In this document: in pieces, positions 46,808 to 60,167 of the stretch
Layout of the letters: every line of letters begins with the position of its first letter
Numbering within the stretch: the first letter of the stretch is position 1
NCBI GenBank assembly: GCA_013115145.1
Contig: JAAPAO010000001.1
Coordinates: 124,001 to 188,000 of the forward strand
Reading direction: 5' to 3'
DNA length: 64,000 bases
Origin: Perkinsus chesapeaki ATCC PRA-425
Taxonomy: Eukaryota; Protista; Perkinsozoa
Program-made: the position numbers and the translations under genes
Notes under the pieces: model-generated
The model's database searches: none
What the model was told of the DNA's origin: nothing
What the model saw: the letters and a program-made list of their open reading frames with translations, nothing else

Positions 46808-49800
46808 TCACAACTTGCTCATTTCGGAGCTAGAGGAGATGAGATGCTCCACTTCATCCGAGCTCAGCGCCGGGTGGCAAGCGGACCTGAGGGAGCTCAA
46901 TAATAGGCGGTCGATGCATTGCTGGTGACGCTACTCTGAGAACAGGCTCATCCTGGCACATGCCATACCAACCATAACCGCCTTCTCAATAGGGACACCG
47001 CGGCACCCATGCGCCCACGCTGTACCGGCAAGGAGATTATCACCAGCACCAGTAGAGCTCACCACTGAGGAACCGAGGAAAAGTTAAGATAGCCCAGAGA
47101 TGGGTCCTACTGTTATCGATCGGGTCGGCGATATAATGTAGCGCTGTTGTATTTGAAGAAGCCGTTGGCAGTGTCTGTCGAGCAAGGCTACATAAGTGTG
47201 GACGAGAGGGGCAGGTACCTCTATGTGAAGAGTCCCTCCGATTGTCTTAGTCAAAGGAGTAGTCTTGGATGGCAGCGGAGACAGAACAGTATCCGAGGAG
47301 GTGACCAACAGGACGCCATGCTTGCCGAACGATGCTAGAACACGCCGTACCGCACTTTTCTCTAATAACTGAAAGAGCAGCAGTTCCACCCTGGAGCTCA
47401 CGGTTGAACGGGAACAGCGTTCTTCGGACGTTATAGAGCGCCGATGGCAAAGTGGCAAGATAATTGCTTGCATTAGAATCGAGAAAAACTTTCCTCGCGA
47501 TAGTAAGTACAAGTCTAATAGTATTCTCCGCAGCTCCCTACATTCAGTACTCGGTGAACGTACATGAATCCTCAGCTCTTAAACAGTTACAGAGGTTATA
47601 ATGTCTCATTGGATACAGTCCCTACCCTGTACCTACAAGCTGTGCCGTAGTAAGGCCCCATCTAATAACGTCATCCTTCCTCATCGGCTCCATCTCAAGC
47701 TGGGAGGGATACAAATAGCTAGATGCCAGCACCTGCGACCGGTACTAGGGCTGTGGGCTCCGATTAAAGCTCTACCGCCAGTTCATGCATGTTGGGCGAA
47801 ATGAGGTCCACACTGTCCAATACTTCCTCCCCGGTGTCCTTGGCCTGATGTCACCATGCTCTCTCGAATGAAGCACTGTTGGTGCTACCTTAGCTACCCT
47901 CGCCGCAGCCTTTACTGTACTTACAGGGTCAATCCAACATTCAATGCCATAGGATCTGCAACAAAAACTCGACCGGCCAGCAGAAGCAGCAGAAGTGCAA
48001 TGGCTACCGGCAAGCCTTGGCAGCTCTGGTGATAGTGTCTCTAGGAATGTTAGCATCGACCAAGAGGACTCTCAGCTGGGACATGTCATCCTGTCGGAGT
48101 ATCTTAGGTATGTTCACCAAAGGGTGCACGAGACGATCGAAGATGTCCATGGCAGCAACACCCTAATTCAGGAATCACATAGCAACCCTTCTGCGGCAAG
48201 GAGCCTCACCGATATAAGCTCGCCCCGGCCATCCAGAACCAGCGTGCACGTCCCAGTAGACTCTGTGGTGATCTGCTTCACATTAGTGGACGGCACACCA
48301 ATTTCACGGAGCCGTCTGATAATGATAGACTGGCCATGATTCGGCGGCCTTTGCCTACTGTATTAGCATATCTCCATTGCTGTCTCTACCAACAGCTGAT
48401 ATGATACCTGGAGTAGCCCCAAGCATTGCCATGCATTCGGCCAATGAGAGGCCGACTCCACCACTCGACATCGTTAGGAAGCCCGGAACCGTAGATTCCT
48501 GCGGCCCGATTCATCATACATGTTCTCACACACTCCCTACCTGCGCCCCAGCACTGGTGGGATCACTTGCCTTTGCAGTGATGTCCATAGCGATGCCGCC
48601 GAGAACAGCAACCGCTCGAGGGCCAGAAGCTACCTTTTGATGGCTGGAGACCTGTAATAGGAGTGGCAGCTGTTATCGTGCTGAAGGCGGTGGCGGCCAC
48701 CTTGGAATAAGCCAGAGCTATTGTGCTGGCAATCATGGCGTTGTTTTTAATGAGGCATAAATTGGCAGCTAGACTCTCCCCTCCAGTGAGCTCGTTGATC
48801 CTCTTAAGCAAGAATGGTGTAACTGCCGCACCTGGAAAAAGACAAGATAACACCGTCAAGGTCATCCATACAATACTCATGAAGAGAACGATCAACACGG
48901 CAACTATTCAACAGGAGGACGTGAGCTTCTCTATTGGGCGACTTGGTAATGATGAAGAATGATTAAGGGTGTATATCACTGAGAACTACTTCCCTCGATA
49001 ACAGCTATACGGCCTCTGTCCTTCCACAGTTATACTACCTTGAATGCCTTTATTGTCAGCCTCCTTCAATGCCCTTTGTGTACACGACTCTATCTTGGCC
49101 ATATCAGCAGCCCCAGCCTCGGGCACAGGGCAGGCTATGATGCATCCTGGACGCCTGTACTGGTGGGCAGAGAAGAACCGATCGGACGCTGTCAGGAATC
49201 TGAGCTTGACCAACTTTCCAGGCCACGCATGGCCATCAGTACTTGGCAGCATGCTCAGCATCATCAACTCTCCCGGAAGTCCTAAGACCGCTATCTCTGG
49301 TGAAGAACGCTGGAAAGATATCCGTACCCCACCCCAGGACGGGAACCCCTTGAGTCTCTAGGAACTACACAGAGACATTGTAAGGTGCTGATGGTGGTGG
49401 ACTTCGGGTAGGACCTCTAGAGTCTTTGGTAGATCCAGGACGCTCTTTGCGCCAGCGCAGACCACAGCTACTGGATTCGAGCCCAGCTCAGTAAGGTCAG
49501 CTGATACGTCCCATGTAGACTGATGAGAATGACCAACTGTGCTGCTAGCTGCTTACCTCAGCTCCACGATGGACCCCTCCAATGCCACCAGTAGCGAACA
49601 CTCTTATCCCTGCAAGGGCAGCTATACGCATTGTAGCAGCTACAGTAGTGGAACCATAGCCTTTATTAGCCATCACCAGGCCAATGTCTCGTATAGATAC
49701 CTAGCACAGTGGTATGGACGAACACTGACCTCCTCATCCTCCTACCTTAGAGCACTTCTCCGGACCCTTCTCGGCAATGACGTTGATATCCTCCTCGGTA

Positions 49801-50079
49801 AGCCCCACTTTAATCCTTCCTTCCAATATAGCTATAGTAGCTGGAGTGCTACCACCTTGCCTGACCACCTCCTCTACCTCGAGCGCACAGCGAAGATTTT
49901 GAGGATACGGCATGCCTAAGGACGCACTGGCGTCGCAATTGTACGAGGAGGCTGCTGCTGCTGCCTGTCTCACCATGTGTTATGATGGTGCTCTCCAGAG
50001 CTACCACCGGCCTGTTCATCGATAGAGCCTCGGATACCTCCACTGAGAGCTCAATGAAGCTAGGCAGAGATGTGGTCAT
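46808..50079 (-). CDS. psuG-psuK: Fused pseudouridine-5'-phosphate glycosidase (PsuG/IndA) and PfkB pseudouridine kinase (PsuK)
   Basis: PsuG part: [49 protein letters not shown]. PfkB part: [40 protein letters not shown] and [12 protein letters not shown]. Confidence 0.92.
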
Positions 50080-50212
50080 AAGCAACAAGAACACCTAGGG
50101 TTAGGCCGGTCTGGAGAACTCAAGACGCCACTCAATAGCTCTACTGCAACTAACATGATTGATTTAAATGAATTGTGGTATCTAATTAGTCTTCTCCATC
50201 CCTACTGCCCGG

Positions 50213-53200
50213 CTAGTCCTCAGCTTCAGCCCAAGGCACACAGGCTCGGACCAGTGGACCTACCGAGGACTTGGAATTCTTGAGGGCGAGGTCGACCAGG
50301 ATGATATTGAGATCTCTATTGTACGGCAGAGCTGCCAGCTGACCACTCGCGATGAGCTTCCTCAAGACCTCTACTGCCGTCCCTTTGGGCAAGAGCCTCA
50401 ACACCTCGGTGACCAACGCACAGGTCTCGGAGTCCAGGCCGACATCCTCAGGATAATCGACCAGAAGAGCGGCAGTAAATTCGGCTGCATGGACGGACCG
50501 AACAGTGAGCACGCTCTTCGCTATTTGCTTTTTATTAGACTCTGCAAAGGTGGCATCGGATGTAGGCAGGGCGCGGATAACCGAGTCGCCGAGCACCCGT
50601 CCAGCTGCATCAACATAGGCGTAAAAGGACCTTATAGGAGCCAGGAAGTCAACCTCGTGATTGTAACCACTTTCAATATCGCTGATATCACTGATACGGA
50701 GGACTATATCCCCTGCCCGGCTACGTGAGGCTGGCGTACTGGTAGGGCCACACTCGAAAAAGATGGTGAGCATAACCATCACCTTGGCGAGGTCGGTGGC
50801 CTGCCTATACCGACTCAGCAGATTCACAACCCGCTGGATGTCCTCCCTGTCCACCTCGCCTCGGTCAAATATATCAACCCCACACACTGGAGCCTCGGCC
50901 CTAAACCACACACCATCATGGTCAGTATGACAGCCAGTAGAGGTACTACCTTTCCAGATTGATGAGCTTCATCCATGGCTCCTTCTTGCTAGGCGTCTTA
51001 ACCCACTTATCCGCCAACTCCCTCATGGTCACCCCAAGCTTAACTCTATTCAAGGACAATACTTCCGTCAGCAACTACAACACCCTCAATGAGCAGCAGC
51101 ATCAATAATACCTCGTAGGCCTCATCTGCCGTACTGTCCTCCACCAGGCCTGTATACCCAATAGCCTCTGCACAGGCCCATGGGCCGAGCTCCACCAGTA
51201 CACGTTCGAATGACGCGAACTTGGGGTAGCCCCTGAGGAGTATCTAAACGTAAGCATACCCTCACCCCCCCATCTACGAGGACCTACTCTGGTCTCCAAT
51301 GCGTTTATTTCAGCACTGGACACCTGCCTTGGTGCTCCGGACTTCTCCAGAGCCTTCATCTGCTGCCACACCCTCAGCTTGTCAACACATACCGGCAACA
51401 TTCCACTTAACGCTTTCAGTATCTCCGCAGCCCTTGCCGGCATATCAGTGAGCCTCCCCACCAGCTTTAGCAGCTCGTCGGTTATAGCGATTGTCCACCT
51501 ATCCGGCTCTGCAGTAAGCCTGTTCTCCACCTTTAGACAGGCGTCGGTGTCCGTGGAGCCGTCCCCATATACCAAAGTAAGGACGCCATTGCTTTGCCTC
51601 TCAGCATGGTGTAGGATGTACTCGCTGGCATCGGACACAAACCCAGCAATTGAGTCAGAGCCGATAACTTCGAGGATAGCGTCCAGTGTGGCCAGCTGCC
51701 GGTCCATTAGCTCCGCCATAAGGGCGCTCTGTGGGTCCTCGACAACTCTCCTCACCGTTAGCCCTCCAGTCGTTCCAGTGAGATGCTCATAATCGCGGAT
51801 GGTCTTGGCCGCGAACCTATGCGCTCCGAAGGGAGCTTCCGGTAGCCGCTCCAGCGCCTTCTCAATGACATCCAAATCCTCGACTTCCCCTAGTATGTCA
51901 CACTCCAGCACTCGAAGAGTCTCCCCACTGTAGGATACCAGCAGGCGATCGATCTCCGACCAAGCCTTTCCCATATAGCTCGGCAGTGGTTTCTGAATGA
52001 CTACAGTGCACCAAGCCAGAGATGCCTCCCATTGAGGGAGTTGAAAGTCATTCGCTAACAACTGCAGAGGCTCAAGATCCGCACCGGCCGCGGCAAGTCT
52101 CGATATCAACGGCCACAAGTACTCGGCTTTGCCTTCGCCTAGCAGGACGGGATCAACTTCGACGGAGAGCTCCGTGCAGAATATAGCCCATCTATCCTGG
52201 AGGCACTTCTTGGCGAATAACCTGACAGAGTGCATCGAGGCTACTCTTCTACTAGGCTGCTGCTGCTACATATAAGCATCGTTCTCAAAGGCCTTCACTA
52301 TGACCCCTTCCGAGATCCGCTGCTGCTGCTGGTGGTCTATTGCCGTAGTGTCTGCCAGAGTGATATCTGTACATGAGGGCGGCGGTGGTGCCAGCCTAGA
52401 GGCATCAATTGGGTCCTCGGCTATGAACTGGCGAAGGAGAGGCAACCAGCTAGCGGTCCCTGCTAAGAAGCTGGCCAGAGATGCCTGATCAGCATTTCGT
52501 GGCGAGTGAGAATGAAACATCATCACTTGTCCAGAGGCTCTCCTCTCCGTAATGGCCTTATCAAATGTCTCCTCTGCTATCACTGTGGGCAGGGACAGCC
52601 CCAGGAACAACATCAGGAGGGCATCTCGCTCTCCCGCGGCTGAAGGGCGGCAAGATAACAATAGGTAACCACCACGCCCTTACTTGTGGTGATCCGACGC
52701 AGCCATTCAGCCAGTACATCCAACCTCCTACAGTTGCCAACTTCAGCTGCAATGGACCAATTCTGTGAGGCTAGGATATCCGCGAAGAAGCTGAGCAGAT
52801 GACGACCAAGACAGGTGTGCCCAAGGAGGAGAAAGCCGCCATCTACGCACTCGTCATCCTTTTCTGTGCTATCGGCAGAATCCTCCTCATCAAGCTCGAG
52901 GCCACAAGATACTTCCACCGCCGAACGGAAGGTCTTGACAGCGGGCATTAGGGAAGATGGCGAAGAGCACCACTTCATTATGGAGTAGAGAAGTGCCTGA
53001 GAAGTGTGTAGACAGAGCAGCAGCAGCAGCAGCCAACAACAACCCCGGTGCTTGCCTTATAACGAAGCATGTTGATATCTTTGGGGACAGCGTCCGATGC
53101 ATCCACTAACCGAGTGGCAAGCTGTAGCCTTCGACCGATATCCAACAGCTCCTCCAGCATCGTAACGTCACATTGGGAGGCCAACTTCGCAACCAGTCTT

Positions 53201-56200
53201 GCCAGTCCGGCGAGTTCTTGGACCATGGGCCTTTCAACGTGGGAGAAGTCTTCGTGCTCCACCATAGGGAGAAGCCTCTCTTCTAGTTGCCCCTCAATGT
53301 ACTGCAGCGCCTTCATCGACGATCGGCCGCCATTGTTGTCCATCAGCAACCGTTCTAAGGAACCAGCGTCACTGCCGGCAGGGCTGGACGATGAGTTATT
53401 AGCTCTGAGCGAACACCCTCGAGAGATACCCGTAATGAAGTGTACCCTACCGTGCGATAGTGTAGGAAGCCACCTGCCTCGATATACCAAGCAGCTCGGC
53501 CAATCGAGAGTACTGGCAGCAGCTGCCTGAAGGTTTCGGTGCATAACCATCACCAGTGTTGACAACTTCTGTGAACCTGAGCCAGTGGTTAAACAAGTAA
53601 CAAGCAGCACTTGTTGGGCGGACAGCCTCTGAAGTTTTCTCCGAGCAAACAGCCCAGCGGGTTGTAGCCCGCTTCCAGCTTGATCCTCTTCAACATCATC
53701 GAGATCTGCTTCATGAGACTCATCAGATGTAGAATACCAAAGGTCTTTAGGCAACACCTGAAGATACTTCGCAAGAGCAGATGATACCAATCAACCTCCA
53801 AGATACCTCAATCCCGAACTCCTCTAGTAGACACTCACAACGCCGAAAGCATCGACCACGCTGTTGGATGACAGCATCAGGCCTGATGAGAACATGCGAG
53901 GGTTCGAGCTCGTGGGCTCCCCCACCCCTCCGTCTGTGCCATCTTAGCAGCCATAATCCCAGCAGTGCAGTAGACAGGCAGGTTCAGAGACGGCTCGCTG
54001 GACTTATACCACATCATCGTCATGAAGGAGCGAAGGCCAGGCAACTGTGCTTCAAAGGGGAGGGTCTATGAAGGACAACTGATGGGCCAAACCGAGGGAT
54101 GATGGGTCACATCTTGGAAGACAGCAGCGGCTCTGGTTATCCCCTCCAACATGTCCACATGTCCCTCAGCTACTCCGCCTTGGATGACATTCTCCACCAC
54201 CGACATTAAGCGGGTACAGAGGACTTCCGATGGGCAAATACACTTGCCGAATCGAGCGAGTAACTGGGGCTGCTGTTGATAAGTATACATGGTGCGAGAA
54301 TAGACACAGCCACCGACCTTATCTCGAGGCCCATCACCCTCCCTAGCCCGACGGCATTCGTCAGAGACTCGAAGTGCAGCACGGAATGCTTCATCGTCCT
54401 CTAGAGTTGCCTGAGGGACGATGCCAAGGTAAGCTACGGCTACGGCGCCCTTACCAAATGAGTAACTGTGAGGAAGACCACTTGTGGAGTAGGTAACATT
54501 GCATCCAAAGCATCTGGAGCTACAGAGCCAGTCTCGTCAGGCAAGTGACTAAGTGGCGTTGTTGATGATCTAAGAGCACCCAAGACCTACGGCCTGGCCT
54601 CCTTATGCAGTAATATCCTCATTTTATTTGCAGCAACTCCAGCCCTATCCTCTGGATCCAAATCCCATACCTCAGCCTCCTCGCATCTACCAACAACAAC
54701 ACTTAACCTTACCCCATCACGCCCATCCGACATTCTCTCTGCCTCCTCCAACTCAGATGACCTTCCCCTATTAGACGAGGCGCACCGGACTGCTATCCAA
54801 ACCAAGTGGGGGAGGATCCTAAGAATCCGGATGATGACGATGATGATGACGATAAGGCAGTAAAAAGCATTCACTCCCAATCCTACCGAGCTCGACTAGA
54901 ATCTGTACGCATGCACACATACACGGCCATGACTCTGGCAAAGTCGGCTGGAGTGGTCTGATTGACAGAGTCCTCGGCTAAATCTCGAGCAGCGTACCTG
55001 ACACTTGAAGTGTGCCGATTGATGACGGTAAGTGTCTCACCTGGCAAGTATGTTAGTGACAGCCTCTTCTAGGGGACAATCCAGGTCCATACGCTTCGCC
55101 AAAGGATACAGAGAATCCTCGACGATCGATCTGATCAAACACAGTCATAGAGCTAGCGGAGGAGGGTGCCCTTACCCTATCTGCTCTGTAGGGATCCTCT
55201 TCAGCAACTCCAGCCCAGCTCGAGTGAACCACTCCCCTCTCTGTCGAGAGTCCTCCGGTATGTCTGTGAGGTTAACCTACAATCCTTCCTGCTGCACTAC
55301 GCAGTAACTGCAACCGTACAGGAACACCAAAAGATTCCCGGACTTCTAGGCACAGTTTGAGGCGTTTCAGGAGACCGTCTGCCTCGTCTAGGAAGGTGCT
55401 CTTATCCATAAGACCACGGAGATGCCCCAACGCTGCCTGAATCCAATGCATATGCGGGCCGATGTGAGCCATCATGGCCCCCTTACCCAGTGGAGAGGGG
55501 TACGAGTAAGGGGCACATTAGGGTCGGGTAGAGCCAATGCCTTACGAACTGACCAAGCCACACCACCGAGGAGATCAACAGCAAATGCATAGCCGGCCTG
55601 GCATAGATTCATACCGCTCCGCTGTCGATTGAAGCACCTACCGTATCGTCCACAGCATTATCTAGGGCTACTGCTGTGGCCCAGTCAACCAAAGCCTTAA
55701 AGTGCTCAGCAATGGCCGATACTGTCCCCAGGCCACCACTAAGGTGACCAACGTATGGTATGACGAAATGCTTAACCCATGGCACCAACACCTCCTGCAC
55801 TTCTGAGTCAGCAAAGGCCTAGACCAGATCCAGCCCTCCGTATGTCATCTACCCTCAAGATTCCCTTGATCAATTCTAAGGCCTAGGCAGAGCTCCATCC
55901 ATTGCTCTTTTGATAGCTCCCGAACATGTCGACAGGTTACCTCATTGAGACATCACAGATCCCTTAGCTGTTCAACCACCTACTTGGACTAGCTTCTTCA
56001 ATCTACCTGACTTGGCCAGGCCCCTGCATACCGAAGGAATCGATAGTCCTCTAAACCGATACCAGTGGTCCAGAGTAAGCTGCTCTTCTTCAGCCAGCCC
56101 ATCGTCTACCAACACCTATCATCATCACCAACCTACTGGGGGACTCACCAGTCTGTATAAAGGTACACATTCGCCTTAGCTCATCAGACAGCTCCACCTC

Positions 56201-57340
56201 GGCCTTGAGGATATCAAAGGTAGGAGGCACTCCTTCCCTTTGCCTTTGTAGTTCTCTAAGGGTGTGCCGAACAACCTAAAGTGGTCAAGATATCCAATAG
56301 TGCTGGATGCTGGCCGAACCCCCTACCCCAGCCATCTCCTGTACTGTCTTAAAGGTCCTGATCTCCGTCACTGAGGAGCACACTTCACTAGGGAGGTCGG
56401 TAATGAACTCATCGATGAGGGTACGTAAGAATGTTGTAGACACTGAGCCATAACCCTAACCGATTAGTTCAACTCAGAAGCATCTCCCACCTTCTAGGTC
56501 ACTGCCTTCCTCAGTCAACCGCTCTAGGAGCACTCTGGCCTCCGCAGGGCTTGTCGGGAATGCTACCTCTGGCCCATCTTTGACAGGTGGATCCGATTGC
56601 TCCACAGCAGCAGCCGAGCCGTCCTCAGATTGTTCTTCTGGGAATATGTCTATACAGCTGACTGTTACATGCATATCATCCTCTTCCTCCTCCTCTGCCC
56701 CTTCCAAAACCACAACTTTACCCGGCTCCTCGTCCTCCCTGCAATTTCCCTCAACTTCACCGCCATCTACCACTGTTCCCTCCTCCGCATCCTCAAAGTA
56801 TGCCTCCTCCTCCTCCTCATCCACCTGCCTCAGGCCTTCCTTACTCCCCTCATGACTATCCAATCCTTCTTTATACCCTCCCTCTCCACTACCAATAACC
56901 ACACCATCCCTGCCCAAGCTAACTCCCTCATTGTCAGATTCCTCTCTGCCATCCTCCTCCTCCTTCCCACTCCCAGCCTCCCCTTCATGCCCCTCTAAGT
57001 CTCCTTCTTCACCATCCAATTCCTCTTCCCCTACTTCCTGTCCACTGTTAGCATCTAAACTCTCCCTTTCCCCTAGATCTTCTACAGCCTTAGCCACACA
57101 CTTTCCCCCCACACCGCTAGACCCCTCAGGAGACGGCCAGTATGCCTCCAGAAAGTCATAACTCAGAGACTCCCCTCCCCCTCCTTCATCTCCTCTGTTA
57201 CCCCAGACCATCGAGTTCTCCTGCCCACCTTCCTGCTGGGGTGATGACTCTCTAAGTAGCTTGGGTGACGGAGAGTATGGGGATGATGCTGCCGCTGGGC
57301 TATGGCTCGCTGGCTCCCTTAGCCTTATCCTCTCAGACAT
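50213..57340 (-). CDS. Very large helical-solenoid protein, ROD/KNTC1 (RZZ)-like, with a Glu-rich N-terminal exon
   Basis: C-terminal block SVRLFAKKCL...SLAWCTVVIQKPLPS...SGETLRVLECDILGEVEDL resembles my recollection of the Rod_C region. Upstream FVIPYV, VAWS and LKRLKLCLEVRESFGV are also ROD-like. Exon connectivity is approximate. Confidence 0.6.
56474..57340 (-). repeat. Glu-rich low-complexity coding tract (GAG/GAA-rich; CCT/TCC runs on the + strand)
   Basis: Open 290 aa frame rich in E/G/D with EEEE runs. Confidence 0.8.
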
Positions 57341-57449
57341 TACCAATATAACCTATTTCTTTATCATTAACGTTCTACTTCAACCCAAAACACTCTACTA
57401 AGTATGGTACAATACTACTGTACAATAACGTCCTACTAAAGGTGAATGG

Positions 57450-58775
57450 CTAATCGTACCGTCGCCTGTCACCATCCCTATCTCGATGATGGTGATGGTG
57501 GTGGTGTCGACTCTCCCTATCATCTCTATATGTATCTGATCATCCACATTACTACCATCATCCACAACATCCTCCTTACCTTCCCTTCTATGTGGTGACC
57601 TTGATCTTGACCTTCTCCTCCGAGATCTTTCCCTACTATCCGACCTATCACAGACCATCTCCTCCTCCCCCTTGCCCCCATTACATTACCTCTTTCGACG
57701 TTCTTCCTTCTTCCTCTCCTTATCTGCCTTTTTCTTATCCTTTTTTATCTTCTTAGCCAGCTTCTTCTCAGCTTTCCTCCGTGCCTTAGCGTCCCTAGGG
57801 TCCTCCTCTTCTTCCTCCCGTTCCTCCTTAATACCATCTCTCCCCGGCATCACCGGCCCTAGCACCCTCTTGGACGGCGGTCGGTACTCCCTAAAATCCT
57901 TATCTTTCAAAGCTGTATTTTAGTAGCTTATCCAGCCCTACCACTCCTCTCTATTTCCTTCTTCATCCTCATCCTCCTTCTTAACATCATCATCTATCTT
58001 CACTACCTCTCTAGTAACCCCATCCTCGCCCAGCACAGTAGTATTGGACTTGCCGTATCTGATACCATCTTTTCCTCAAATCCTTTCCCGTACTACCCCC
58101 CTACAATTGATCAGCTTGCTTCGCGTATGGGTTGTATCCCATCCCCTTTTTAGCATTAGCTTCATCGATAAGCTTCTGCGTCTCGTATTCATCATCCCCA
58201 GGCCCCAGAGCGTTCTCATCCTTCACATTACCTAATTCCTCATTGCCTCTCCTCCCTACCTTTCAAAGCTTACCATCAGCGTCCTTAGGCTTGTCTGGGT
58301 TATCTCCCCTCGCTATTGCCGCCAGCTGCTCCGGAGTAAGGTTATCATTCCTACACCACCCCATACTCCACCCTCCTCTGCCTGCTTTACCTCATCAACA
58401 GCAACCGTTTAGGTTTCTGCCCCAATGCCTCTAGCATAATCTCATTCTCGTATTGCTGAACCGATGTCCTCTCATCCTGATCCACACCATCTCCACCCAT
58501 CACCACTATTACCCTACCTCGATCTGCTTAGCACCTCTTCTCTCTTTCCTCCACCAATCGTTCCTATTCCATCTACCGAACTTACCTAGTTGCCCCAACC
58601 GCGTGGAGTACCTGTCCATGTCTATTATCTCCTCCTCTCCCCTAGCCCCCTGTTACTACCCTAGATACTGCTCCCTATCCTTATAACTTATGTTCTTAAT
58701 ATCATCCCATTTGAACTGTTCCAAGCCACCTCTAACTCCCTCCCTAGGCGGTCCATCAGGGCGGATGTCGGCCAT
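57450..58775 (-). CDS. MMTAG2/C1orf35-like nuclear protein with an RS/K/E-rich tail
   Basis: N-terminus PPREGVRGGLEQFKWDDIK...DREQYLG matches the MMTAG2 N-terminal motif. The tail has RSRSRS, KKxKK runs and a His run, and ends RRRYD*. Confidence 0.85.
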
Positions 58776-58894
58776 GGCTACAAGGCAAGTGCTATCGACC
58801 CCTACGGTACCCAACTTCCTGTCTGCAAACTCAACAGTCTGGGCCAATCAAACATTGAAAAAATCACGCACGTGTGGTATTGTCCGTTTTGGAG

Positions 58895-59781
58895 CTACTG
58901 GCGAATTCTTGTCGGTTTCTTTACCGGCCCAGACCGCTGAAGAGCAACGAGCGCCTTCTTAAGGTAGTGTCTTTGATTGGCGGCAGTGTCTACAGAACGA
59001 GAATATTCTGATAGAAAAACCGTACAACAGGTCAACGCCTACCCCACTTGTCCAGAATGGCGACCTTACAGACCTCCGTCTCCGCTATCCTCCTCGCATA
59101 TCGCTGAAGGCTCTCTTCCTGAATCCAAGCACCTTAGTTACCAAACCACAATCCATTAGCTTACATCACACCCTTCGTGAGGTATAGCAAAAGCACCCTT
59201 CATCCACTTGAGCTTGATATGGCTAAGTCTGGGAGAGGTGTACACAACCTCACCGGGCAGACCAATATCATTGAGAGCCTGATGGAAGCATTGAGACCAA
59301 TATAGGTCCACAGTAGACCACCTGAACTATCTGGGTCTCTTTACGGCTATCCCTATGCCGATCAGCATCCAGCCTTGCCAACTTCATGAGGCTCTGAGAC
59401 TGAGTAGGAACCTGAAGAGAGCATCGCCCTCCATACATGAGGTGCACATACAAACGACTTCATTCCTGCAAATGTGAGCATCTCCTCAACTTCTATGAGG
59501 TCGGATACAAAAGAGCCTAGGAAAAGATACTTCAAGTCGACCTCAAGATACCTACGGCCTTCCCCAGCGCCTTTGGGTTTGAACCGTGCCGCCTCTAATA
59601 GTGCTTGTCGCATCCTTTGAAGAGGAGAGCTCGGTGATCGATCCGCCTGAGTAAAACATACTTTCAATAAAAAGCAGATACTCACAATAGCATGTGGTTG
59701 ATCCACTAGATGCCTGCAGGCCTGTAAGGCGGCTACAGAGGGTACAGATGCTTGGAGGGATACAGCTGTTCTGGTGAGCAT
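58895..59781 (-). CDS. Multi-exon hypothetical protein
   Basis: Spliced path MLTRTAVSL...RYLEVDLKYLFLG...RHRDSR...AWIQEESLQRY...KKPTRIRQ*. No family recognised. Confidence 0.55.
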
Positions 59782-59894
59782 GGTTAATATAATCTTAATA
59801 ATATAATACGAGGAGATCTTGTACAGTTATGGGACCGTTGAACCACCAATCGTAGAACCACCACCTGCGCGATATGTTATAATTTCGTGGCGCA

Positions 59895-59908
59895 GTGACG
59901 CCCGTCAC
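59895..59908. promoter_or_regulatory. GTGACG-CC-CGTCAC inverted repeat in a divergent intergenic region
   Basis: Perfect 6-bp inverted repeat between the divergent starts at 59781(-) and 60168(+). An extra CGTCAC lies at 59977-59982. Confidence 0.4.
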
Positions 59909-60167
59909 GTCCTTCTCGTAAGTACCGGATAGGATCATCAAAATCAATCCTAGAACGGACCTTCACATTTTGACATCGTCACCGGTACCGATTGTCCCGG
60001 TTTGATAATATCAGTGGAGGGGAGAATGCATGAAAAACCTTCATAGAGACCATTCGCGAGAGGGTTTGCGCCGCACGCAGGCCGCATAGGCTTTACAAGA
60101 GTGGAGTACTCCTCTTATAGGCAGCTCATGATGGTTCCCTGTCTAGGCTCTCAGTGGTGTATCTAAT

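Noticed and set aside
47147-48339. + strand ORFs (47147-47338, 47995-48339)
   Set aside because: They are antisense to the PfkB kinase exons of the PsuG-PsuK gene.
56600-58700. Strong pyrimidine skew with CCT/TCC runs
   Set aside because: It is explained by Glu/Lys/Arg-rich coding on the minus strand.
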